A stretch of DNA of 62,588 nt, filler included. It is 6 parts of 6 records of this genome, joined end to end, with 100 filler letters (N's around TTAATTAATTAA, not from the genome) between each part and the next. Parts side by side here need not be neighbours in the genome. Positions count along the whole stretch, not along the records: positions 1 to 12,469 come from SRR20825010_6849; positions 12,570 to 33,065 come from SRR20825010_6852; 4 more parts are not named here. The stretch is one strand, 5' to 3'. A program made the translations under genes and the position numbers. The notes beneath the pieces are model-generated. The model did no database searches. It had not been told where the DNA came from and was given only the letters and a program-made list of their open reading frames with translations. The first letter of the stretch is position 1, and every line of letters starts with the position of its first letter. Below, piece after piece: positions 10,753 through 19,131 of the stretch.

Positions 10753-11232
10753 ATGATTACAGAAAAAGACATACAATTTATAAAACGTGCTATTTCCCTT
10801 TCTGAAAAAGGTATGGATACCAATGCAGGCGGGCCTTTTGGCGCAGTGATTGTAAAAAATAACGAAATTATAGCTGAAGGTTTCAACCAAGTTACGTCAA
10901 GCAACGATCCAACTGCACATGCTGAGGTTGTAGCAATTCGGAAAGCTTGCGAAAAACTAAATACGTTTCAGTTAGACGATTGTATTATTTACACTTCTTG
11001 CGAGCCTTGCCCTATGTGTTTGGGTGCAATTTATTGGGCGCGTCCAAAAGCAGTTTATTATGCCTGCACAAAAAAGGATGCAGCTGAAATAGGCTTTGAC
11101 GATGATTTTATATATGATGAGATTGATAAAAATATTGAAAATCGAAACATAAAATTTATCAATATTAGTAGGGAAGAAGGAAGAAAAGTTTTTCAAAAGT
11201 GGGAAGCAAAAGAAGGAAAGATTGATTATTAA
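10753..11232 (+). CDS. guaD: Guanine/nucleoside deaminase (cytidine-deaminase fold)
   Basis: GGPFGAVIV, DPTAHAE, SCEPCPMC, IGFDD motifs of the Bacillus-type guanine deaminase. Confidence 0.85.
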   Translation: MITEKDIQFIKRAISLSEKGMDTNAGGPFGAVIVKNNEIIAEGFNQVTSSNDPTAHAEVVAIRKACEKLNTFQLDDCIIYTSCEPCPMCLGAIYWARPKAVYYACTKKDAAEIGFDDDFIYDEIDKNIENRNIKFINISREEGRKVFQKWEAKEGKIDY

Positions 11233-11250
11233 TTACAAACAAACACTAAA

Positions 11251-11739
11251 ATGAAATATCTTTTCGGAATTGCAGCTTTATTTATTATTTCCAGTTGTTG
11301 TAACACTGAAGCTAAACCGCATAGAATTGCAGGTCTTTGGAAGTTAGAAAGCATGAAGGTTCGCGATACATCTTCAAACAGTTGGAGTGACTATAAAGGC
11401 GGTATGGATGGTTATTTGTTGTATGACGGAAATAGCCACGTTTCACTTCATCTGTATGAAAAAGGTTATGAAACGGCAGGGGTTGAATTTCCAAATTTTA
11501 ATGATTCTATTCCTTTGGAAGCATTAAAATACATCACAAAATCATACTATTATATGGGAAACTATAAAGTTTCTGAAGCTGATAGTATTGTTTCACATTA
11601 TAAACTTTCACACTCAAATCCTTCAGAATTTGGATTGACTGCTGAAAGACGTTTTTATTTCAATGGAGATACGTTGGTTATGCAACCAGTAGAGCAAAAA
11701 AACTCCAGACTAAAATTAAAGTGGTTGAAAGAAAAATAA
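11251..11739 (+). CDS. Lipocalin-like domain lipoprotein
   Basis: Lipoprotein signal (ISSC), GLWKL motif, YYMGNY. Confidence 0.75.
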   Translation: MKYLFGIAALFIISSCCNTEAKPHRIAGLWKLESMKVRDTSSNSWSDYKGGMDGYLLYDGNSHVSLHLYEKGYETAGVEFPNFNDSIPLEALKYITKSYYYMGNYKVSEADSIVSHYKLSHSNPSEFGLTAERRFYFNGDTLVMQPVEQKNSRLKLKWLKEK

Positions 11740-11763
11740 TTTTTTACTTCAAATGAAATCAAT

Positions 11764-11797
11764 AAAAAACCCGTCGCAGCAATGGACGGGTTTTTTT
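11764..11797. terminator. Bidirectional intrinsic terminator
   Basis: AAAAAACCCGTC-N9-GACGGGTTTTTT between convergent genes. Confidence 0.85.
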
Positions 11798-11816
11798 ATA
11801 ACTATCTTTTTTCCTC

Positions 11817-12469
11817 TTAGCCTTCCGGAAATATAGTAGCTTCATAAGCTCCAGCATCCGGATTGCTAGCATCGCGAGGCGTTCCATTTAAATCTTCAGT
11901 AGGTCCAAAAGCAGGATTTCCAATACCATCTGCACCAGAAGTTCCGCTTTCAATATTAAAGTTGTTCATTTCTGTATTCTGAAACACGGGATCCAAATTA
12001 AATTTTGCAGCTGTGTATAAAGTTGCATTTTTAAAGTCGTATAAAGGATCGTCTCCAAACTCACCTGAAGGGTCTTCAAAACGTAGCAAACAATTTTCAA
12101 AATTAAAAATAAAAGCTCCCTGTTCATGCTTAAACAGTGAAAGCTCACGACGTTCATTACCATAAATAATACAGTTTTTGAAATCCGCTTTAACTAAATC
12201 AGCAACAAATATGTTTTCTTCAGTTTCAAAAACATTATCAATAGAAACCGATGGGAAAGATCGGAAACCATTTGTCCAGTAATTAGCAAAGGTACAATGT
12301 CTAAATTCATAGCTACCACCCAGTTGTATTGCCAATGAGGATTGCCCGCTGTTGTTTATTACCATGTTTTCACCATCAATACTACCGGTTCTAGATAATA
12401 AACCAATGTTTGTGCTATTGTAAATTTGTACGTTACTTAGTGTTAATGGGCTTTTATCAACTAAAATCC
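11817..12469 (-). CDS. Partial (5' truncated) right-handed beta-helix protein
   Basis: Frame stays open to the contig edge (ILVDKSPLTLSNVQIYNS...); HCTFANYW, NCIIYGN, C-terminal DLNGTPR...PDAGAYE. Confidence 0.75.
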
Positions 12470-12569
12470 NNNNNNNNNNNNNNNNNNNNNNNNNNNNNNN
12501 NNNNNNNNNNNNNTTAATTAATTAANNNNNNNNNNNNNNNNNNNNNNNNNNNNNNNNNNNNNNNNNNNN
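12470..12569. other. Artificial contig spacer
   Basis: N44-TTAATTAATTAA-N44 linker (stops in all six frames). Confidence 0.99.
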
Positions 12570-12579
12570 TCATAGTTTT

Positions 12580-12609
12580 TATGATGCATGAGTATAAAAT
12601 ATGACGCAT
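12580..12609. promoter_or_regulatory. Tandem direct repeat upstream of AraC-family gene
   Basis: TATGATGCAT (12580) and TATGACGCAT (12600), 20-nt period. Confidence 0.45.
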
Positions 12610-12700
12610 ATGCCAATTTTAGTCCCAAACCTTAGCGTTGAAAGTCGTTTTCTGCTTCGAAGAATAATTACTTCCTTTGTCAACGATTCTGTTTCATTTT

Positions 12701-14785
12701 ATGCCCGACTTCAATCAACATGAGAAAGATTTTTTAAACCAACTTACTAGAGTGGTTGAAGAGAATTTGTCTGATGAAAATTTTGGAGTGTCTGAGCTTG
12801 CGGAGGCCATCAACATGAGTCGTTCAAATCTTCTGCGTAGACTGAAGAAATCAACTGGGCTATCTGTGAGCCTATTTATCCGTCAAGTTCGATTGAAACG
12901 GGCAACGGAATTGTTGAATGATTCATCTCAAAATGTTTCTGAAGTTTCATATGCCGTTGGTTTTAGCAGTACCTCTTATTTTATAAAGTGCTTTCGTGAA
13001 GAATATGGCTTTCCTCCAGGAGAGGCAAGCAAAAGAAGGCCAGTAGAACAGCCCGCCAATGAAGTTGAGGTTACTCCAGTGAATGGAAGGAGTAGAATGG
13101 TTACGGCTTTGATTGTCTTGACCCTGCTCGTGGCCACTATAGTCTATTTTGTTAGTAAACCTTCGAGTCAATCAGCCCCAATACAATTAGAAAAGTCCAT
13201 TGCCGTGTTGCCCTTTAAAAATGACAGTAGTGATTCGACTAATGTTTATTTGATCAATGGCTTACTGGAGTCCACTTTAAATAACCTGCAGAAAATTAAG
13301 GATTTACGCGTAGTGAGTCGAACCTCTTCAGAGAAATATAGAAACACTTCCAAGTCTATTCCCGAAATAGCAAAAGAGTTGAACGTAAGTTATTTTGTAG
13401 AGGGTAGTGGCCAGAAAATTGGCAATGAAATACTACTCAATATTCAGTTGATTGAGGCGGGCACCGACAGACACCTTTGGGCCAAGCAGTACAGCCGTCA
13501 AGTAACCAGTATTTTCGAGCTACAAGAGGAGATAGCCATCAGCATTGCTGCGGAAATTCAAGCGATTATTACTCCGCAGGAGCAAAATCTAATTGAGAAA
13601 AAACCCACAAATAGCCTCGAAGCTTACGATTACTTTTTAAAAGGGCAGAACGAGTTCAGTAAGACTACAGATGAAGGTTTTCGCGAAGCAATAATGTTTT
13701 TTAATAAAGCCATTGAGTTGGATTCTGAGTTTGCCCGGGCACATGCGGGTGTCGCTATATGTTATTACTATTTGGACATGTTTAAACAGGAAAAGCAGTA
13801 CTTGGCCGAAATCAACAATCACTCTGATAAGGCCTTGTTATACGATCCAAAATTAGATGAGGCGCTAATGTCGAAGGCATTGTATTATATGCATAATGGA
13901 GAATATATGCAGGCTGTGCCTTATTTAGAAAAAGCATTAGAGTATAACCCAAACTCAGCACCTGTCATTAACATGCTCTCTGATTTTTATGCCAACGTCA
14001 GCCCGAATACTGGAAAATACTTAGAGTATGCCCTAAAAGGTGTTCAGTTAAATGTAGCGGCTTATGATTCTGTAACCACAAGCTTTTTCTATTTGAACTT
14101 AAGTAATGCCCTAATTCAAACTGGTTTTGTGGATGAGGCCCTCAAGTATGTAGATGTTTCTTTGGACTTTAACCCAGAGAATCCTTTTTCAAATTATGTC
14201 AAGGCCTATATGCGCTATGCCCAAAACAATGACTGGGATGAAACTAGGCGCCTTGTGATCAAAGAATGGGAAAAGGATACTTCTCGTTTAGATATCCTTC
14301 AAGACGTGGCCAAGGCCTATTATTATAAGCGGGACTATGATAGTGCCTATTACTATTTTAAAAAATTCATTGCGCAAAGAGAAGCTGCTGAGCTTGATAT
14401 TTACAGGCATCAACACGGCACTATTGCTTTAGTGTTTGAGAAGATGGGTTTTAAAAAGGAAGCAGAAGCATATTTTGCAGACTACAAAGATTTTGCTGAG
14501 CATGACCAATCCATTTATAAGGGTTTGAACCTTTCAGTATACTACGCCCATTTTGGTGATTTGGAAAAATCACTCGCTTACATGGACTCGTTTTCTGAGG
14601 AGGATAATTATATGTATTGGGTGGTTCTTTTTCCAGATGATCCGCTTACCGACAAGATCAAAGATCTACCAGAGTACAAACGTTTGACAAAGAAGATTGA
14701 AACGAAATTTTGGAAGAATCATGACCAGATACGAGCTTCCTTAGAAAGCAAAGGTTTACTAAAGCCATTAATTGAATTCAAATAG
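12701..14785 (+). CDS. Membrane-anchored AraC-family regulator: HTH, TM helix, TolB-like domain, TPRs
   Basis: N-terminal AraC HTH (VSEVSYAVGFSSTSYFIKCFREEYGFPP), hydrophobic helix, KSIAVLPFKN domain, TPR repeats; ATG at 12701 preferred over TTG at 12677. Confidence 0.88.
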   Translation: MPDFNQHEKDFLNQLTRVVEENLSDENFGVSELAEAINMSRSNLLRRLKKSTGLSVSLFIRQVRLKRATELLNDSSQNVSEVSYAVGFSSTSYFIKCFREEYGFPPGEASKRRPVEQPANEVEVTPVNGRSRMVTALIVLTLLVATIVYFVSKPSSQSAPIQLEKSIAVLPFKNDSSDSTNVYLINGLLESTLNNLQKIKDLRVVSRTSSEKYRNTSKSIPEIAKELNVSYFVEGSGQKIGNEILLNIQLIEAGTDRHLWAKQYSRQVTSIFELQEEIAISIAAEIQAIITPQEQNLIEKKPTNSLEAYDYFLKGQNEFSKTTDEGFREAIMFFNKAIELDSEFARAHAGVAICYYYLDMFKQEKQYLAEINNHSDKALLYDPKLDEALMSKALYYMHNGEYMQAVPYLEKALEYNPNSAPVINMLSDFYANVSPNTGKYLEYALKGVQLNVAAYDSVTTSFFYLNLSNALIQTGFVDEALKYVDVSLDFNPENPFSNYVKAYMRYAQNNDWDETRRLVIKEWEKDTSRLDILQDVAKAYYYKRDYDSAYYYFKKFIAQREAAELDIYRHQHGTIALVFEKMGFKKEAEAYFADYKDFAEHDQSIYKGLNLSVYYAHFGDLEKSLAYMDSFSEEDNYMYWVVLFPDDPLTDKIKDLPEYKRLTKKIETKFWKNHDQIRASLESKGLLKPLIEFK

Positions 14786-14788
14786 CAT

Positions 14789-15046
14789 ATGTTCAATAGC
14801 AGAGAATACCCTAAGTCTTTAGAAGAAACAACTTTTGAGCGATGGCTGGAAGAAGGCCGTGAAAGTAAAATGCGCTATGAATATATGCTTGTAGTTTGGG
14901 ACGACCTGGAAAGCGACTACCATCCAGAATATGTCGAAACTAGAGCATTGATTAACAAACATCCTTTTTGGGGAAATGCTACTGGGCACAGTACTACCGT
15001 TGCCGTTTACGACTTATTCTCTGAGGCACGGATTACAGTGCAGTAA
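14789..15046 (+). CDS. Hypothetical protein (85 aa)
   Basis: ATG 3 nt after upstream stop; globular-looking composition. Confidence 0.7.
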   Translation: MFNSREYPKSLEETTFERWLEEGRESKMRYEYMLVVWDDLESDYHPEYVETRALINKHPFWGNATGHSTTVAVYDLFSEARITVQ

Positions 15047-15152
15047 TCAGTCCTAACTCTGGTGAAACCCTCTAAGAGTTAATGGAATTACCTCACAGGT
15101 GGTAAATCAATTTATTCAAAGCCCAAATAGGGAAACTTTTGGAAGGTTCTTC

Positions 15153-15368
15153 CTACATATAGTAACTCAAAGCACCAGAAGGACATTTAGCGATTTGGTC
15201 TTTTAGCGCTTGGGTAGAAGCATTTTCAGCTTTGATCCAAGGTTTCTCTTTGGGGTTATATACTTCTGGTAATGCTTTTACGCATTCGCCAGCATGAACA
15301 CATTTTTGTGGTTTCCAAACCACGGTGAGCTCACCGTTTGAATATTCCTTTACGATCTCTTTTTCCAT
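15153..15368 (-). CDS. Divergent 4Fe-4S mono-cluster protein (YjdI/Fer4_19-like)
   Basis: CVHAGEC...KPWI...CPSGAL. Confidence 0.9.
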   Translation of the reverse strand: MEKEIVKEYSNGELTVVWKPQKCVHAGECVKALPEVYNPKEKPWIKAENASTQALKDQIAKCPSGALSYYM

Positions 15369-15428
15369 AGTTGAAGATAAAATAATTTCTGGAAAAAAAT
15401 AGGGATATGTTGAAGCTCAGGTAAGGCT

Positions 15429-16193
15429 TTAATCCCAAATACCATTACAAGCAGTAAGAATGACAGGTTCATTGTCTGTAATCAAAATGGTGTGTTCGTG
15501 TTGGGTGATGAAACCTCCTTTATTGCCTACCAAGGTCCAGCCATCTCTAAGCTCTACGGCTAAGTTTGAGTGGGTTGAAATGAAGGTTTCAATCGCCACG
15601 GTGGTGTTTTTCTTAAACCTTTGGTGATTACTTTTTACTCTGTAATTCAAAATATCATCAGGCGACTCATGTAAACTTCTACCCACCCCATGACCTGCTA
15701 AGTTTTTAATTACTCGAAAGCCTGACTTTTTTGCTTCAGACTCAATAACCTGTCCGATGTCCGCTATTTTCACCCCGCCTTTAATGCTGTGAATGGCTTT
15801 GTGTAGAATGCTTTTAGAAGCATCCACTAAAGGTTGATGATTATGGATGTCCTTTCCTAAAATAAAAGATCCGCCATTATCTGCCCAGAAGCCATTGAAT
15901 TCGGCAGACACATCAATATTAATAAGGTCACCTTCTTTTAATATTTTTGCTTTGGAAGGAATTCCGTGCGCAGCTTCTTCATTAATGCTAATGCATGAAT
16001 AGCCTGGAAAACCATAAGTCTCGAAAGGGGCCGACTTAGCGCCATAGCTTTTCAAAATCTCTCCTCCATAATCGTCTAATTCTTTGGTGGAAATACCCAC
16101 TTGGGCATGCTCTCTCATTAGCTTTAAAGTAGTGCCGACTACTTCGCTAACTTTTTGCATTCCAATTAATTCAGACTCTTTTGAAATAGACAT
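15429..16193 (-). CDS. map: Methionine aminopeptidase type I
   Basis: CISINEEAAHGIP, GDLINIDV, GHGVG..LHE, AIE, QHEHT. Confidence 0.95.
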   Translation of the reverse strand: MSISKESELIGMQKVSEVVGTTLKLMREHAQVGISTKELDDYGGEILKSYGAKSAPFETYGFPGYSCISINEEAAHGIPSKAKILKEGDLINIDVSAEFNGFWADNGGSFILGKDIHNHQPLVDASKSILHKAIHSIKGGVKIADIGQVIESEAKKSGFRVIKNLAGHGVGRSLHESPDDILNYRVKSNHQRFKKNTTVAIETFISTHSNLAVELRDGWTLVGNKGGFITQHEHTILITDNEPVILTACNGIWD

Positions 16194-16276
16194 TGTTTTT
16201 GACTGTTTTAGGTAAGAAGATGGGCCGCAATTTACGGAGAAATAAGAACTCGGCTAACTGATCTGAAAGTAATAAA

Positions 16277-16303
16277 AAAACCTCTCGAAATTCGAGAGGT
16301 TTT
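16277..16303 (-). terminator. Intrinsic terminator after tRNA-Leu
   Basis: AAAACCTCTCGAA-A-TTCGAGAGGTTTT hairpin directly 3' of the tRNA. Confidence 0.85.
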
Positions 16304-16304
16304 G

Positions 16305-16388
16305 TACCCAGGGCCGGAATCGAACCGGCACGATCGTGAAATCATTGGTGTTTGAGACCAACGCGTCTACCAGTTCCGCCACCTGGGC
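16305..16388 (-). tRNA. tRNA-Leu (anticodon CAA)
   Basis: Reverse strand GCCCAGG acceptor, D-loop TGGTA, TTGGT-CTCAAAC-ACCAA anticodon arm, long variable arm, GGTTCGATTCC T-arm; CCA end not fully encoded. Confidence 0.96.
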
Positions 16389-16458
16389 AGGTGTTGTAAT
16401 TGGGGATGCAAAAATGAGTAAAGATTTTTTATGAAACAATAGCTTCAGCCAGTAAATT

Positions 16459-16755
16459 TTAGTCTACCCGAATAAAGCCTTTGAGCGAAAAAGCAACGGG
16501 TTTATCAGCAAACTTGGCCTTAGTGGCTTTCCATACTTCGCCAAACAATTCCGAATGCCGATAACGGTTCAGTTCATCTTCGTTTTCCCAATGACTATAG
16601 GTAGCGAAAACGCACTCATCATTATAATCCCGCATCAATTCTAGGTATTGGCAACCTTCAAAATGACGAATACGGTCTTTGGTTTCGTTGAATAATTCGA
16701 TAAAGGCGTCCACTTCTTCGGCCTTAAAAGTCATTCTTACAATTCTTGTTAACAT
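16459..16755 (-). CDS. Antibiotic biosynthesis monooxygenase (ABM) family protein
   Basis: RIVRMTF...IRHFEGC..LEL...TYSHWE...YRHSELF. Confidence 0.88.
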   Translation of the reverse strand: MLTRIVRMTFKAEEVDAFIELFNETKDRIRHFEGCQYLELMRDYNDECVFATYSHWENEDELNRYRHSELFGEVWKATKAKFADKPVAFSLKGFIRVD

Positions 16756-17522
16756 TAGTCTTCAAATTGAATGAGGATTGGGCTGTCATAACTCAAGCCC
16801 AAAAGTGTAGAAGCATTTCCCTGATTGATTCCTATTTCCAAAACGTTGAGGCTATTGAACACGAAAAAGACTTCGCCCGGATCCACATCGTAATAATTTG
16901 AATGAATACTAGGGGCAGACTCTCGCCCAAATACCAATTTGTAATTTCTGTTTTTACTCAGAATATCGAAATCTACTTTACTAATATTGGTGATGAGGTT
17001 GCCGTAACGGTCCACTCTAATCACATGGCCTGAAATTTCTTTTTTGGTAGCACGAGGCTTCCTTAACATCAGTTGCGTGTATTCCGTAACTGCTTCACCT
17101 AGAGCGTAAACGTCTTCATTCGCGGCCAAACGTAGCACAAAATCAGCCAAAAGACCGCGCTGAGGAAAAGTAGAGTTATTGTCAATAGATAACTTTACAA
17201 TGGTTTTTGGAGTTTTATCACTGATTAAACTTAAGATTCCGTTATCAGGGGCAACAAAAAAATGATCTTCAATTTTAGCTGCTAAATAAGAATCTTGATT
17301 AGCTTGTGCTACGTTAGTGCTAAGCAGGTGTATGGTGCCATTGGGGAAATCCCTAAATACGGCACTTACCACAAATGCCATATGGGCAATATCGAAAGGT
17401 TCGATATCGTGGCTAATGTCGATAAGTTTTAATGTGCTGTCCTTGGAAACTAAGGTCGCCTTTAATGCGGCCACATAGTGGTCGGTGTGTCCAAAATCAG
17501 AAGTTAAAGTGACAATGGCCAT
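16755..17522 (-). CDS. SAM hydrolase / SAM-dependent halogenase family (DUF62)
   Basis: TLTSDFG..DHYVA, DISH, APDNGIL, VDRYGNLITN. Confidence 0.92.
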   Translation of the reverse strand: MAIVTLTSDFGHTDHYVAALKATLVSKDSTLKLIDISHDIEPFDIAHMAFVVSAVFRDFPNGTIHLLSTNVAQANQDSYLAAKIEDHFFVAPDNGILSLISDKTPKTIVKLSIDNNSTFPQRGLLADFVLRLAANEDVYALGEAVTEYTQLMLRKPRATKKEISGHVIRVDRYGNLITNISKVDFDILSKNRNYKLVFGRESAPSIHSNYYDVDPGEVFFVFNSLNVLEIGINQGNASTLLGLSYDSPILIQFED

Positions 17523-17546
17523 AAAGGACTATTCGGTTAAAATTTC

Positions 17547-17554
17547 TAAGTTTG
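17547..17554 (+). promoter_or_regulatory. Bacteroidota -7 promoter element for the PhoH gene
   Basis: TAAGTTTG (TAnnTTTG); an opposite-strand TACTTTTG lies at 17562-17569 for DUF62. Confidence 0.5.
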
Positions 17555-17616
17555 TGAATAGCAAAAGTATTGAAATTTTTGGGGCTTAATCAATCAAATA
17601 AAACATAGTTGAGCGT

Positions 17617-18600
17617 TTGGTAGAAAAATTAATTATACTCGAAAACATAGCCATGGTCGATTTTTTAGGCATGGCAAATGAGAACATCAAAGAAGTGGCC
17701 TCTGCTTTTCCTAAAAGCAAGATTGTATCGAGGGGCAACGAAATTCTCATTCAAGGAAATGCCTCAGAGATTATCCAAATCAATGATATTCTCAACTCTT
17801 TGGTACAGCATTACCATAAGTTTGGCAAGGTGACGCAGGACAATGTGAAATCTTACATCAAGAGCGAAGCGGAATATGTGAGCGGACAAGCCGAAGAAGG
17901 TGTTTTGGTATATGGTAACAAAGGAAGTACCATTAAGCCAAAAACAGCTAATCAAAGGGCTTTGGTAAAAGCAGTTGAAGAAAACGATATAGTTTTTGCT
18001 GTAGGTCCAGCTGGAACCGGGAAAACCTACATTTCAGTAGCCATGGCCGTTCAAGCCTTGAAAAATAAGGAGGTAAAGAAAATCATCATTACGCGTCCGG
18101 CTGTTGAGGCAGGAGAGAATTTAGGGTTTCTTCCAGGAGACCTTAAGGAGAAGATTGACCCTTATTTAAGGCCAATTTATGATGCCTTAGATGAAATGAT
18201 TCCTTCGGAAAAGCTGAAATTTTATCAGGAGAATAGAGTTATAGAAATAGCACCCCTAGCTTATATGCGGGGTAGGACACTTAACCATGCGTTTATTCTT
18301 TTGGATGAAGCTCAGAATACCACGGCCATGCAAATGAAAATGTTTCTGACGCGTATGGGGCCTAGCTCTAAGGTGATTGTTACAGGAGATATATCTCAGA
18401 TTGATTTGCCTAGAAACCAAAAATCAGGTTTGGCAGAGTCGCTTAGGATTTTGAGTGGCGTTAAAGGAATTGCAAGAGTAGATTTAGATGCCAAGGATGT
18501 GGTACGCCACAGATTGGTGAAAGAAATAATTTCGGCTTACGATAAACATCAAGAAGAAAATGATAAGAGTAAAAAAAGTGGAGAACCAGGAAGAGCTTGA
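17617..18600 (+). CDS. phoH: PhoH family ATPase
   Basis: GPAGTGKT, TRPAVEAGENLGFLPG, RGRTL, DEAQN. Confidence 0.95.
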   Translation: MVEKLIILENIAMVDFLGMANENIKEVASAFPKSKIVSRGNEILIQGNASEIIQINDILNSLVQHYHKFGKVTQDNVKSYIKSEAEYVSGQAEEGVLVYGNKGSTIKPKTANQRALVKAVEENDIVFAVGPAGTGKTYISVAMAVQALKNKEVKKIIITRPAVEAGENLGFLPGDLKEKIDPYLRPIYDALDEMIPSEKLKFYQENRVIEIAPLAYMRGRTLNHAFILLDEAQNTTAMQMKMFLTRMGPSSKVIVTGDISQIDLPRNQKSGLAESLRILSGVKGIARVDLDAKDVVRHRLVKEIISAYDKHQEENDKSKKSGEPGRA

Positions 18601-18994
18601 TCAAGCTTTTGCTATTCGTGAAAAAGTATTTATTGAAGAGCAGCTTTGCGATCGTGAGGAAGAATTCGATGAATTCGATGCGGAGTCCATTCACTTTATT
18701 GCTTATTATCAAGGTGAACCTGCAGGGACATCGCGTTATCGTACTACCAAAAAGGGTGTGAAATTAGAGCGCTTTGCGGTGTATGATGAATATAGAGGGA
18801 AAGGTGTAGGTAAGCACTTAGTTCAGGTGGTTTTGGCAGATGTTCAAAGCAATGTGGCCAAACCTGGTACTCTAATTTACCTCCATGCCCAACTCACCGC
18901 AATGCCATTATATACCAAATATGGCTTTAAAAAAGTCGGTGAAAAATTCGTTGAAGCAGCAATTGAACACTTCGAAATGCAGAAAACTCTTTAG
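18560..18994 (+). CDS. GNAT N-acetyltransferase (ElaA/YjcF-like)
   Basis: IREKVFIEEQ, ERFAV...RGKGVG, LHAQ...FVEAAIEH. Confidence 0.9.
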   Translation: MIRVKKVENQEELDQAFAIREKVFIEEQLCDREEEFDEFDAESIHFIAYYQGEPAGTSRYRTTKKGVKLERFAVYDEYRGKGVGKHLVQVVLADVQSNVAKPGTLIYLHAQLTAMPLYTKYGFKKVGEKFVEAAIEHFEMQKTL

Positions 18995-19131
18995 TTTTCT
19001 GTTTCCCTAATATTAAGAAAATGTAATGCTAGCCTGCAGGCTGGTTAGGGTATTGTTAACCTTTTTGCAGATGTTAAAATCTAACATTTGCCTGTGAATG
19101 CTAGCCATAGTTTTGTGCAAAAAACAACACT

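Noticed and set aside
12514..12525. Recurrent TTAATTAATTAA as a biological repeat or CRISPR repeat
   Set aside because: Always centred in N44 padding; an assembly linker giving stops in six frames
15052..15105. Two small hairpins (TAACTCT...AGAGTTA; TTACC...GGTAA) as an ncRNA
   Set aside because: Short stems between convergent genes with no recognisable RNA family features
16254..16439. 61-aa minus-strand ORF
   Set aside because: Overlaps tRNA-Leu and its terminator
16755..17522. DUF62 protein as a fluorinase/chlorinase in a natural-product cluster
   Set aside because: Context (PhoH, ABM) is ordinary Bacteroidota backbone; no biosynthetic genes; most DUF62 members are SAM hydrolases
17617..18600. 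PhoH as part of the receptor/phosphodiesterase phosphate locus
   Set aside because: This is the housekeeping YbeZ-type PhoH ATPase with its own promoter; proximity is probably coincidental
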